This document shows, one piece after another, positions 19,410 through 27,221 of a DNA stretch of 64,000 bases. The translations under genes were made by a program, and so were the position numbers. The stretch's first letter is position 1; the number at the start of each line of letters is the position of its first letter. Source of the stretch: an uncultured Fibrobacteraceae bacterium (GTDB taxonomy: Bacteria > Krumholzibacteriota > Krumholzibacteriia > LZORAL124-64-63); NCBI GenBank assembly GCA_964646035.1, contig CAZYDJ010000001.1, positions 7,346-71,345 on the forward strand, read 5' to 3'. The notes under the pieces are model-generated. The model was not told where the DNA came from, did not search any database, and saw only the letters and a list, made by a program, of their open reading frames with translations.

Positions 19410-19439
19410 TGATCCGATCAGCTGTTCGCGTCGGTGCGA

Positions 19440-19799
19440 TCAGTTGCAGTCGCAACTCCCGCAGCCGCCTTCGCCGCACTCGCCGGCGTTGCCGATCTGA
19501 ACCGTATATCCCTTGCGGAAACCGTCATCGACGAAGTCGATCGACACTCCACCGCCCTGGGTGACCATGGATTCCACTTCGGGCTCCATGATGAACGTCC
19601 AGTCCTGGAGCTTGAATTCCCGATCCTGTTCCTTGGGCTCGTCCAGAGCCATGCCCACAGAGGGCCCGCCTCAGCCAAAACCCTGGAAATATACCCTGAT
19701 CGTCTGCGGTCCTTCCTTGGCGGAGATGTCCAGATCACCGAGAGCCTGGGCCGCCGCAGGAGAGATCCTGATCAAATCGGTTTGATTCACTTCCACCAT
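19440..19799 (-). CDS. HesB/IscA-like (A-type Fe-S cluster carrier family) selenoprotein; in-frame TGA = Sec at 19671-19673
   Basis: The annotated 72-aa ORF (19440..19658) matches only the C-terminal two-thirds of IscA: IDFVDDGFRKGYTV...ECGEGGCGSC versus E. coli LDFVKEGLNEGFKFTNPN..ECGCGESF. Translating the same frame upstream through one TGA gives MVEVNQTDLIRISPAAAQALGDLDISAKEGPQTIRVYFQGFG-U-GGPSVGMALDEP. This aligns to the IscA N-terminus (...[24 protein letters not shown]). The TGA falls exactly on the conserved Cys of the GCSG motif. A stem-loop GGCUC-UGGAC-GAGCC with a GG in the apical loop begins about 20 nt after the UGA, at SECIS-like spacing. The full gene is 119 codons. Confidence 0.7.
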
Positions 19800-19902
19800 C
19801 CCGTGACGTGAGAGACCGTGTTTTGTTGACTTCTCCAACAATAATCAAGCGATGTCGAATCTGCAAACCTTCTAATACTAAATCGGCCTATTCGGTCTTG
19901 TA

Positions 19903-22900
19903 TCATGCCTTCCCCGGTCCTTCGTTGTTCGAGGTCAATCCCAGCAACCGCTTGGCGTCCTCCATCAGCAGATATCCCACCGGAACCAGAACCAAGGTGA
20001 TCACGGTCGCGAAAAGAACACCGAACCCCAGGCTGATGGCCATCGGGATCAGGAAACGCGCCTGCAGGCTTTTCTCCAGCAGCATCGGCGTCAAGCCGGC
20101 GAAAGTCGTCAGGGAGGTCAGGACAATGGGTCGGAAACGGCGGACTCCGCTGGCCAGCACGGCCTCGTTCAACCCCATGCCTTCGGCGCGGCACCTGTTG
20201 ATGAAATCGATCATGATCAACGAGTCGTTCACCACGACTCCGGTCAGCGCTACGACTCCGAACATGCTCAACAAAGTCAGATCCCATCCCATCAGCACGT
20301 GGCCGAGGACGGCGCCGACGAATCCGAAAGGAATCGCGGACATGATGATCACCGGCTGGGCGTAGGATCGGAAAAGCACCGCCAACAGGGCATAGATGGC
20401 CAGCAGGGCCACCAGGAATCCCTGGCGCATGCTTTCGAGGGACTCCGCGCGATCCCGCTCTTCCCCCTCGAAAGAGACCCTCAGGCCCGGGAACTCGGCC
20501 AGCAGATCAGGCAATGCCTGCTTCTGCATATCGGCCAGCACCTCGCCCGCGTTGGTGACGTTCTGGTCCACATCCGCCTCGACATTGACGATGCGGCGAC
20601 GGTCGACCCTGTCGACGGAGGCGTAGCCGCGGCCGGTCTCGACAATCGCGACCCGGCGAAACGGTATCTCGGTCCCGGCCGGAGTCCGGATCATCATATT
20701 CTCCAGATCCCCGACAGAACGACGTTCTCCACGCGGATAGCGGACCATGACCCTGACATCGTCGCGTCCGCGCTGGATGCGCATCGCCTCGTCGCCATAG
20801 AATCCCTGCCTCACCTGGCGGGCCATGTCCTGCAGGGTGAGGCCCAAAGTCCTGGCCTCGGGCAACAGTGAAAGCTTCAGCTCGACCTTGCCCTCTTCAT
20901 AGCTGTCCCTGATGTCCTGCACTCCGGGATACTCTTCGAGGATCTCCTCGAGCCTGGCGGCCGCTGCGGTCAGCCGGCCGGAATCCTCGCTCGACAACTG
21001 CAGCTGCAGCGCCGCGCTGCCGTGAAAGAGATTCGAGGTGAACGTCACCGATTTCGCCCCGGTCAGCGGCCCGGTCAGTTCACGCCAGCGGGTGACCAGT
21101 TCGTTGCTCGATATGCTGCGTTTCTCGCCGGCAAGCAATTCGACGTTGATCTCCGCCTTGTGCGATCCGAGGAATGTCGTCTCGGCGGCGGTTCCCGGCC
21201 GATTGGCCCCGCCGCCTCGCGGCTGGAAGCCGATTGTCGATAGGACATGGCGGATGATGGGCTCTTCCGCGTCGTCGCGACCGCCATCGACATCCGACCG
21301 CAGTTCTTCCAGCGCCGCCTCGATCCGGCCCACCACCTTGTCGGTCTGGGCGAGGGTCGTCCCGGCGGGCATGTCGATCACGCAGAGCATGTTGTCGGAA
21401 TCGATCTTGGGCATGAACGTGAAGCGGATATGACCGCCCCCGACGAAACCCGCCAACAGCAGGATGATCGCCACCGCCGCCGCCAGCACGACTCCGCGGT
21501 GATGAGCGGCGTATTCGAGCGTCGGCCGGTAGGAGCGGTCGATAAAGAACTTGAAGCTGCGGCTGAAGCGTCCCTGCAGACCGCCGATGCTCCACCGGCT
21601 GCGTTCATCCTTCGAATCGTCGAGGTGCAGAGCGGACCTGGGGATGGTCGAAAGGTGGGCGGGGAGGATGAACAGGGCCTCCACCAGCGACACCACGAGA
21701 ACGGCGATCACCACCACGGGGACCTGCCCCATGAACTTGCCCATCATCCCTTCGACCTGCGAAAGCGGAAAGAAGGCGAAGATGGTGGTCAGAATGGCGA
21801 TGATCACCGGGGCGGCCACCTCCCGGGTTCCGATCACGCTGGCCCGCAGCCCGGTCTCGCCCTTCTCGCGATGAGTGAAGATGTTCTCGCCCACCACTAT
21901 CGCGTCGTCGACCACCAGTCCCAGAACGATGATCAGCGCGAACATCGAAATCATGTTCAGGGAGGCTCCGAAACCGGGAATTATCCAGAAGCCGCCGAGG
22001 AAGGAAATGGGAATGCCCAGGGCGACCCAGAACGCCAGCCGCGGCTGGAGGAAAAGGGATAGGCAGAAGAACACCAGCACCAGTCCGATCGCTCCGTTCT
22101 TGAGCATCAGGTTCATCCGGCCCCGGTAGATGTCGGAACGATCCGCCCAAACGCCTATTTCCACACCTTCGGGCATCGAATCGCTCTTGTTCCGGACGTA
22201 CTCGTGCACCGAGTCGGTGACCTCGAGTATTCCCTGCTCGGAAACGCGGTAGACCGACACCACCGATGCCGGACTGCCGTCGAACCACGTGCGCGTATCG
22301 ACATCCTGGAAATCGTCGCGGATGTCGGCGACCTCGCCCAGGGTCAGCCGCGTACCGTCGGGGCGGGTCAGGACGGCGATCCCGGCGAATTCATCGCCGC
22401 TGTAGCGCTGGCCCTTGGTTCGAACCAGGATTTCGCCGGCGTCGGTCTTGACGCTGCCGCCGGGCATATCGAGGCTGCCGCGACGAACCGCGTCGGTCAC
22501 CGCGTCGAAAGAGAGTCCGTAACGGCGCAGCGAATCCTCGCCGATCTCGATCGAGATCTCGTAGGGGCGGGTGCCGACGAGCTGGGCCTGGGTCACCACG
22601 CCGTCCGCGAGCAGATCGTCGCGAACCCGGTCGGCAAGCACCTTCAGCGTCTTTTCGTCCGCGTCGCCGTGGATGACGATGTCGATTGCCTGCTCGGAAG
22701 ACTCCATCAGGTTGATGACCGGTCTCTCGGTCTCCTCGGGGAAAGTGATGATCTGGTCGACGGCCTGTTTGATGTCGTCGAGGACCTTTTCGGCGTCGGC
22801 GTCGGTGTTGATCTCGGCCATCACCATTCCGGACCCCTCGACCGACAGGGAGGTGATCCGCTTGATGCCGTCGATGCTCTCGATGGCCTCCTCGACCCGG

Positions 22901-23097
22901 ATGCAGACCGATTCCTCTACTTCCTCGGGGCTGGCCCCGAGGTAGACGATGCTGACCGAGACCATGTCCAGATCGATCTCGGGGAAAAGCTCCTGCTTGA
23001 TCGTGAGCGCCGAGATGATCCCGGCCAGAACCAGGAAGATCATCAGGAGATTCGCTGCCACATGGTTGTCGGCGAACCAGTCGATCAATCCCTTCAC
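19903..23097 (-). CDS. RND family efflux transporter, inner-membrane permease (AcrB/HAE1-like)
   Basis: A 1064-aa ORF with 12 TM segments and two large periplasmic loops, typical of AcrB-like pumps. It has the LIDWFADNHV N-terminus and duplicated halves. Confidence 0.92.
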   Translation of the reverse strand: MKGLIDWFADNHVAANLLMIFLVLAGIISALTIKQELFPEIDLDMVSVSIVYLGASPEEVEESVCIRVEEAIESIDGIKRITSLSVEGSGMVMAEINTDADAEKVLDDIKQAVDQIITFPEETERPVINLMESSEQAIDIVIHGDADEKTLKVLADRVRDDLLADGVVTQAQLVGTRPYEISIEIGEDSLRRYGLSFDAVTDAVRRGSLDMPGGSVKTDAGEILVRTKGQRYSGDEFAGIAVLTRPDGTRLTLGEVADIRDDFQDVDTRTWFDGSPASVVSVYRVSEQGILEVTDSVHEYVRNKSDSMPEGVEIGVWADRSDIYRGRMNLMLKNGAIGLVLVFFCLSLFLQPRLAFWVALGIPISFLGGFWIIPGFGASLNMISMFALIIVLGLVVDDAIVVGENIFTHREKGETGLRASVIGTREVAAPVIIAILTTIFAFFPLSQVEGMMGKFMGQVPVVVIAVLVVSLVEALFILPAHLSTIPRSALHLDDSKDERSRWSIGGLQGRFSRSFKFFIDRSYRPTLEYAAHHRGVVLAAAVAIILLLAGFVGGGHIRFTFMPKIDSDNMLCVIDMPAGTTLAQTDKVVGRIEAALEELRSDVDGGRDDAEEPIIRHVLSTIGFQPRGGGANRPGTAAETTFLGSHKAEINVELLAGEKRSISSNELVTRWRELTGPLTGAKSVTFTSNLFHGSAALQLQLSSEDSGRLTAAAARLEEILEEYPGVQDIRDSYEEGKVELKLSLLPEARTLGLTLQDMARQVRQGFYGDEAMRIQRGRDDVRVMVRYPRGERRSVGDLENMMIRTPAGTEIPFRRVAIVETGRGYASVDRVDRRRIVNVEADVDQNVTNAGEVLADMQKQALPDLLAEFPGLRVSFEGEERDRAESLESMRQGFLVALLAIYALLAVLFRSYAQPVIIMSAIPFGFVGAVLGHVLMGWDLTLLSMFGVVALTGVVVNDSLIMIDFINRCRAEGMGLNEAVLASGVRRFRPIVLTSLTTFAGLTPMLLEKSLQARFLIPMAISLGFGVLFATVITLVLVPVGYLLMEDAKRLLGLTSNNEGPGKA

Positions 23098-24260
23098 TGA
23101 TTCCCACCTCCGGCGACCCGCACCTTCATCCCCTCGGTCACGACGTCCAACTGCGAGACGACGACTCTTTCACCGGGCTCGATATCGCTGAGGATCAGCG
23201 CCTCTTCGCGGTCCATCCGCACGATATCGACAGCCTGGATGCGGAGCAGATCCTGATCGTCGACGGTCCAGACCGTCCCGTCCGGGCGCAGCCCGGAACG
23301 CGGTATGCCTCTCGCTCCGGGAACGGTGCGCCCCTCGATCGCCGCGGATACGAACATCCCGTCCAGAAGCCGGGCGCCGGCCGCCGCCTCGCCCTCGCCG
23401 TCGACAGCTATGATCACGTCGACCATGCGGGAGCGTTCGTCCAGGACGCCGCCGACGCGGACGATCCTCCCCGACCAGCGTCGCTCGCTGCCGGCGAAGT
23501 CCGTCGAGATCTCGACCCGGGCGCCCGGCCCGTCTCCGGGCAGGTCGAAGAACGCCAGATCCGCATCGGAAAGCGGCACGGTCACCTCGGCCGTTTCGGC
23601 GGCGTAGATCGAAGCCAGCTCGGAACCGGCGCGGACGTACTGTCCGACATCCACCGATTCTTGCACTACGCGACCGGCGAAAGGAGCCGTGATGGTGCAG
23701 CGTTCGAGGTCGAGCCTGGCCTTGGCCAATCCGGCCCCGGCGGAAGCCAGATCGGCTCGCGCGAGGTGGAGTTGCGGCTCGTGCCTGACCAGAGAGTTCG
23801 GCTCCGGAAGCGGTTTGGCGGCGCCTTCCTTCACCTGGATCCACTCGCGCAGGGCGATTTCCGCCTCCTGCTCCGCCCGCGCCATTTCGTATTCTCCGCG
23901 AGCGACCTGGGCCGCCGCCATTTCCACGGCCAGCTCATAGTCCGCGGTATCGATCCGCAACAGGGTATCGCCGGCCGCGAACGATCCGCCGGAGGCCAAT
24001 GCGGGAGACTTGCCGAGCACCACTCCGGAAACCTGGGGCACGATCGAGATCCGTTCGCGGGCCGCGACATTGCCGTAACCGGTCACCACTACCCGGGGCG
24101 TCTCGTCGGTGACCGTGAAGATTTCGACCACCGGCAGCACTGGCGAGGCCGGACGCTTGGGAGGGCTCGGCCGCAGCGCGATCATGGCCACTGCTCCGAT
24201 CAGGCCGACAGCGACAATGGCCAGCGGCAGCACTCCCCGGGGCAAACTCATTCGGCTCAT
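23094..24260 (-). CDS. RND efflux periplasmic adaptor / membrane fusion protein (HlyD/AcrA family)
   Basis: A 388-aa ORF with an N-terminal TM/signal anchor, a coiled-coil region, and lipoyl/beta-barrel-like segments. It forms an ATGA overlap with the RND pump gene. Confidence 0.85.
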   Translation of the reverse strand: MSRMSLPRGVLPLAIVAVGLIGAVAMIALRPSPPKRPASPVLPVVEIFTVTDETPRVVVTGYGNVAARERISIVPQVSGVVLGKSPALASGGSFAAGDTLLRIDTADYELAVEMAAAQVARGEYEMARAEQEAEIALREWIQVKEGAAKPLPEPNSLVRHEPQLHLARADLASAGAGLAKARLDLERCTITAPFAGRVVQESVDVGQYVRAGSELASIYAAETAEVTVPLSDADLAFFDLPGDGPGARVEISTDFAGSERRWSGRIVRVGGVLDERSRMVDVIIAVDGEGEAAAGARLLDGMFVSAAIEGRTVPGARGIPRSGLRPDGTVWTVDDQDLLRIQAVDIVRMDREEALILSDIEPGERVVVSQLDVVTEGMKVRVAGGGNQ

Positions 24261-24275
24261 CAGCCAGCTCCTAGA

Positions 24276-25766
24276 TCAGTTGCGCGGCGCATCCGCGACA
24301 TCGGTTCTTGTTCCCGCGGCGGAATCCTGATCCGGCCGCACATCCCACGGACCGCCCAGGGCCTGGATCAGGTCCACCCGCACTCTTCTGACCAGCCCCT
24401 CGGCCCGCAAAAGTTCACTTTCCGCCAGATGCAACTGACGCCGCGCATCCAGTACTGTCAGATAGGGATCCAGGCCTTGCCGGTATCGATCCCGGGCAAC
24501 GTCCAGCGACCGCTCGGCGTGGCCGACGCTTTCGCGCAGGAAGCCGCGGCGAATGTCCTGGAGCCGGCCCGCGGTCAGGGCAGCCTCGACATCCCGGAAT
24601 CCGTTGAGCAGCACTCCGGCATAGGCGGCCCGCGCCTGCTCGGCCCTTCCTTCGGCCGCGTCGACTTGGGCGGTGCGGGCGCCGCGGTTCAGCAACGGCA
24701 TGGTCAGATTACCGACCAGACTCCATACCGAGGCTCCGTCGGTGATCAGATTATCCAGTTCGGGCGATGAATATCCTGCGTTTCCGGTCAGTGACAGGCG
24801 CGGGAAAAGATCGGCCTTCGCGGCGCCGATCCTTTCGCCGGCCGCCCGCAACGACATCTCGGCGGCGACAACGTCGGGACGACGCCCGAGCAGATTCGCC
24901 GGCAGACCGGCCGGGACCGGCTTCAATTCGGGCAACTGGGCCAGCGCCTCCCCCTCGGCGGCGATCCGGCCCGCGGGATACCTGCCCACGAGAATCTCCA
25001 ACGCCCTTCTGGCCACAGCCAGATCCTCTTCCCACTGCACCCTGCGGGCCCGGGCCGACGCCAGCGCCTGCCGGGACTGATGCACATCCAGCGAAGCCGA
25101 GACGCCTCCGGCATATCGATCCTCGACCATATCCAGGCTGGACGCCCAGCTCTCTTCGGTGCGAACACTCAGGTCCCTCTGACCTTCCGCCTCGCTCACC
25201 ATCAGCCAAGCCCGCACCACATCCGCCGCCAGTCCCTGCCTGACCGCGATCCTGTTCGCCTCGACGGCCATCAGATCCGCCCAGCCGGCGCGACGCGTGC
25301 GGGAGAGACGACCCCAGAGATCGAGTTCCCAGGACGCATTCGCCGAGGCGTCGTAAAGAGTGCTGTAGATCGAGCCGCGCCCACCGAAACGGGCCATCGT
25401 GAGCTTGCTCCGACTGGCGCTACCCCCGATCTCGACCGAAGGCAGGCTGTTCGACCCGGCGGCCTTCAACTGCGCGCGGGCCTCGGTCACCCTGCCCGCC
25501 GCGGCCATCAGATCGGGGCTCGCCGCGAAAGCTTCCTCGACCAGCGAATCCAGGCGGGCGGAGCCGAAATCACGCCACCATCCGTAGGCCGGATCATCGC
25601 CGACAACGCTATCGGCGGCATGATCGGCAACGTATCCGCCCGGCACCGGCACGTCCGCGGGACGCACGTAATCCGGACCCACCGCACATCCCGCCGCGGC
25701 GATCAGCGCGGCCAGCGCGACCGGCGCGACGACGCCTCCGATCACCGTTTTCAGGCTGAGGTTCAA
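24276..25766 (-). CDS. efflux outer-membrane factor lipoprotein (TolC/NodT family)
   Basis: A 496-aa ORF with lipobox LIAAAGC and two tandem TolC-like coiled-coil/barrel repeats. Confidence 0.85.
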   Translation of the reverse strand: MNLSLKTVIGGVVAPVALAALIAAAGCAVGPDYVRPADVPVPGGYVADHAADSVVGDDPAYGWWRDFGSARLDSLVEEAFAASPDLMAAAGRVTEARAQLKAAGSNSLPSVEIGGSASRSKLTMARFGGRGSIYSTLYDASANASWELDLWGRLSRTRRAGWADLMAVEANRIAVRQGLAADVVRAWLMVSEAEGQRDLSVRTEESWASSLDMVEDRYAGGVSASLDVHQSRQALASARARRVQWEEDLAVARRALEILVGRYPAGRIAAEGEALAQLPELKPVPAGLPANLLGRRPDVVAAEMSLRAAGERIGAAKADLFPRLSLTGNAGYSSPELDNLITDGASVWSLVGNLTMPLLNRGARTAQVDAAEGRAEQARAAYAGVLLNGFRDVEAALTAGRLQDIRRGFLRESVGHAERSLDVARDRYRQGLDPYLTVLDARRQLHLAESELLRAEGLVRRVRVDLIQALGGPWDVRPDQDSAAGTRTDVADAPRN

Positions 25767-26443
25767 GATCCTACCCCTTGTTCCGTCTCGCCGGCGAATG
25801 CCTCGGCTCCGGTTGCGCTGAGCCGCGAGACGTGATCGACAACCATTTCGATGAATTCCTCGTGATCATCGGGGAAGATGCCGGCTGAAATCGCGTCCAC
25901 GTCCACGCCCAGGCCCGTCCGCCGCGCATACCAGCGCATCATGAAGAAGAGCAGTTGTCCGATGGCGCTCATCACGATCCAGCCCATGCGCCTGGGCAGG
26001 ATGTCGGGCCGGGCTTCGGCCAGGATCTCCATCATGATCCGCTGGACCGGTTGGATCAATTCGGCCTGCAGAATACCTGACGCGTGCCCCTGGGTATGGG
26101 CTTCGCGTGCGAAAAGCCGCAGCGAGGTCTCCCAATGCGAGGGGTCGAGGGTGTCGCGGATGTGGGCGTCGATCACGGCGCGGATAATCGCTTCGAGATC
26201 GGGCGTTTCGCTGCGGGCGCGCAGTTCCTCCAGCGAAGAAATGATGCGGTCGCGCTTGGGCGCCATTCTGCGCCGGATGACCTCCTCGTAGAGGCCTTCC
26301 TTGCCCCGGAAGTGATAGTTGACGGCGGCCAGATTGGCCTCCGCCTCGCCGGCGATTTCACGAACGGATACTCCGTCCAGTCCTCTTTCGGCGAAGAGCC
26401 TTTCGCCGACATCGAGCAACCGTTCCCGTGTCGATTCCTTCAT
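25763..26443 (-). CDS. TetR/AcrR family transcriptional regulator
   Basis: It has an N-terminal HTH (RERLLDVGERLFAERGLDGVSVREIAGEAEANLAAVNYHFRGKEGL). Its stop overlaps the outer-membrane-factor start (ATGA). The start is assigned to MKESTRE; the ORF track starts 10 codons earlier. Confidence 0.8.
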   Translation of the reverse strand: MKESTRERLLDVGERLFAERGLDGVSVREIAGEAEANLAAVNYHFRGKEGLYEEVIRRRMAPKRDRIISSLEELRARSETPDLEAIIRAVIDAHIRDTLDPSHWETSLRLFAREAHTQGHASGILQAELIQPVQRIMMEILAEARPDILPRRMGWIVMSAIGQLLFFMMRWYARRTGLGVDVDAISAGIFPDDHEEFIEMVVDHVSRLSATGAEAFAGETEQGVGS

Positions 26444-26482
26444 CTGGAACATCCCCCGCGGCCTGAGAATCACATCAATATA

Positions 26483-26517
26483 AATTCGAACGTTAACTTA
26501 AAACGTACGTTTGAATT
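26483..26517. promoter_or_regulatory. AT-rich inverted repeat (AATTCGAACGT-N13-ACGTTTGAATT) immediately upstream of the tetR-RND operon; putative TetR operator
   Basis: A near-perfect palindrome in a locally AT-rich intergenic region, 40-75 bp upstream of the TetR start on the minus strand. Confidence 0.4.
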
Positions 26518-26581
26518 CGTCCAGCATAAAAACATGTAAATCAGGATCGCGCCCGTCCGCCACCCGCAAATACCGATGGAT

Positions 26582-27067
26582 CTACTGGTTATCGTAGGAT
26601 TCGATCGAGTCTTCGCTGACATCGAGCTCGACGCCGGCCTGGGCGAACATCTCGCGGGTCTCGGCCCCGGCGTGATATCGCTTCCGGGCGACCACCCGTT
26701 TGATGCCGACGTTGATGATCAGCATGGCGCAGATGCGACAAGGCTCCATGCTGCAGTAGAGGGTCGATCCGTCGAGGGAGATTCCGTAGCGGGCCGCCTG
26801 GCAGACGGCGTTCTGCTCGGCGTGGATGGTGCGCATGCAGTGGACGCTTTCCGCGCCCTGGTCGTCGATAACCTTTTTCAGCAGATGTCCGACCTCGTCG
26901 CAATGGGGCAGCCCGGCGGGGGATCCGACGTAGCCGGTGGCCACGATGCGCCGGTCCTTGACGATGATGCAACCGCTCATGCCGCGGTCACAGGTGGCTC
27001 GCTTGGCCACCTCGGCCGTCAGGCCCAGGAAATACTCGTCCCAGCTCGGCCGGCTGTGAATTCCCAT
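26582..27067 (-). CDS. deoxycytidylate (dCMP) deaminase, zinc-dependent
   Basis: A 161-aa ORF with a SWDEYF N-terminus, HAEQNA and PCxxC zinc-binding motifs. Confidence 0.85.
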   Translation of the reverse strand: MGIHSRPSWDEYFLGLTAEVAKRATCDRGMSGCIIVKDRRIVATGYVGSPAGLPHCDEVGHLLKKVIDDQGAESVHCMRTIHAEQNAVCQAARYGISLDGSTLYCSMEPCRICAMLIINVGIKRVVARKRYHAGAETREMFAQAGVELDVSEDSIESYDNQ

Positions 27068-27153
27068 GTCCCCTCCGTTGCGATGCTCCGGACCGGCGCC
27101 AGCCGCCGGTCTTCAAGGCGATCACGTTAGTCCCGCACGGCCGCGCAGACCAG

Positions 27154-27187
27154 AAAAAAGCCCCGGGAGGAAGATTCCCCCCGGGGC
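27154..27187 (-). terminator. intrinsic terminator for the 27222..29192 gene (hairpin GCCCCGGG...CCCGGGGC followed by a T-tract on the minus strand)
   Basis: The + strand reads AAAAAAGCCCCGGGAGGAAGATTCCCCCCGGGGC. The minus-strand reading is a hairpin followed by TTTTTTCT. Confidence 0.6.
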
Positions 27188-27221
27188 CGTGTCGCCGAGC
27201 CTACGCTCGTAAGCAGCAGTG

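Noticed and set aside
19434-19811. The six-frame ORF 19434..19811 (+) of 125 aa, and the minus-strand ORF 19418..19738 of 106 aa.
   Set aside because: Both are shadow frames of the HesB-like selenoprotein gene. Their translations are low-complexity (R/S/A-rich) with no recognisable motifs. The real gene is the minus-strand frame that reads through the TGA.
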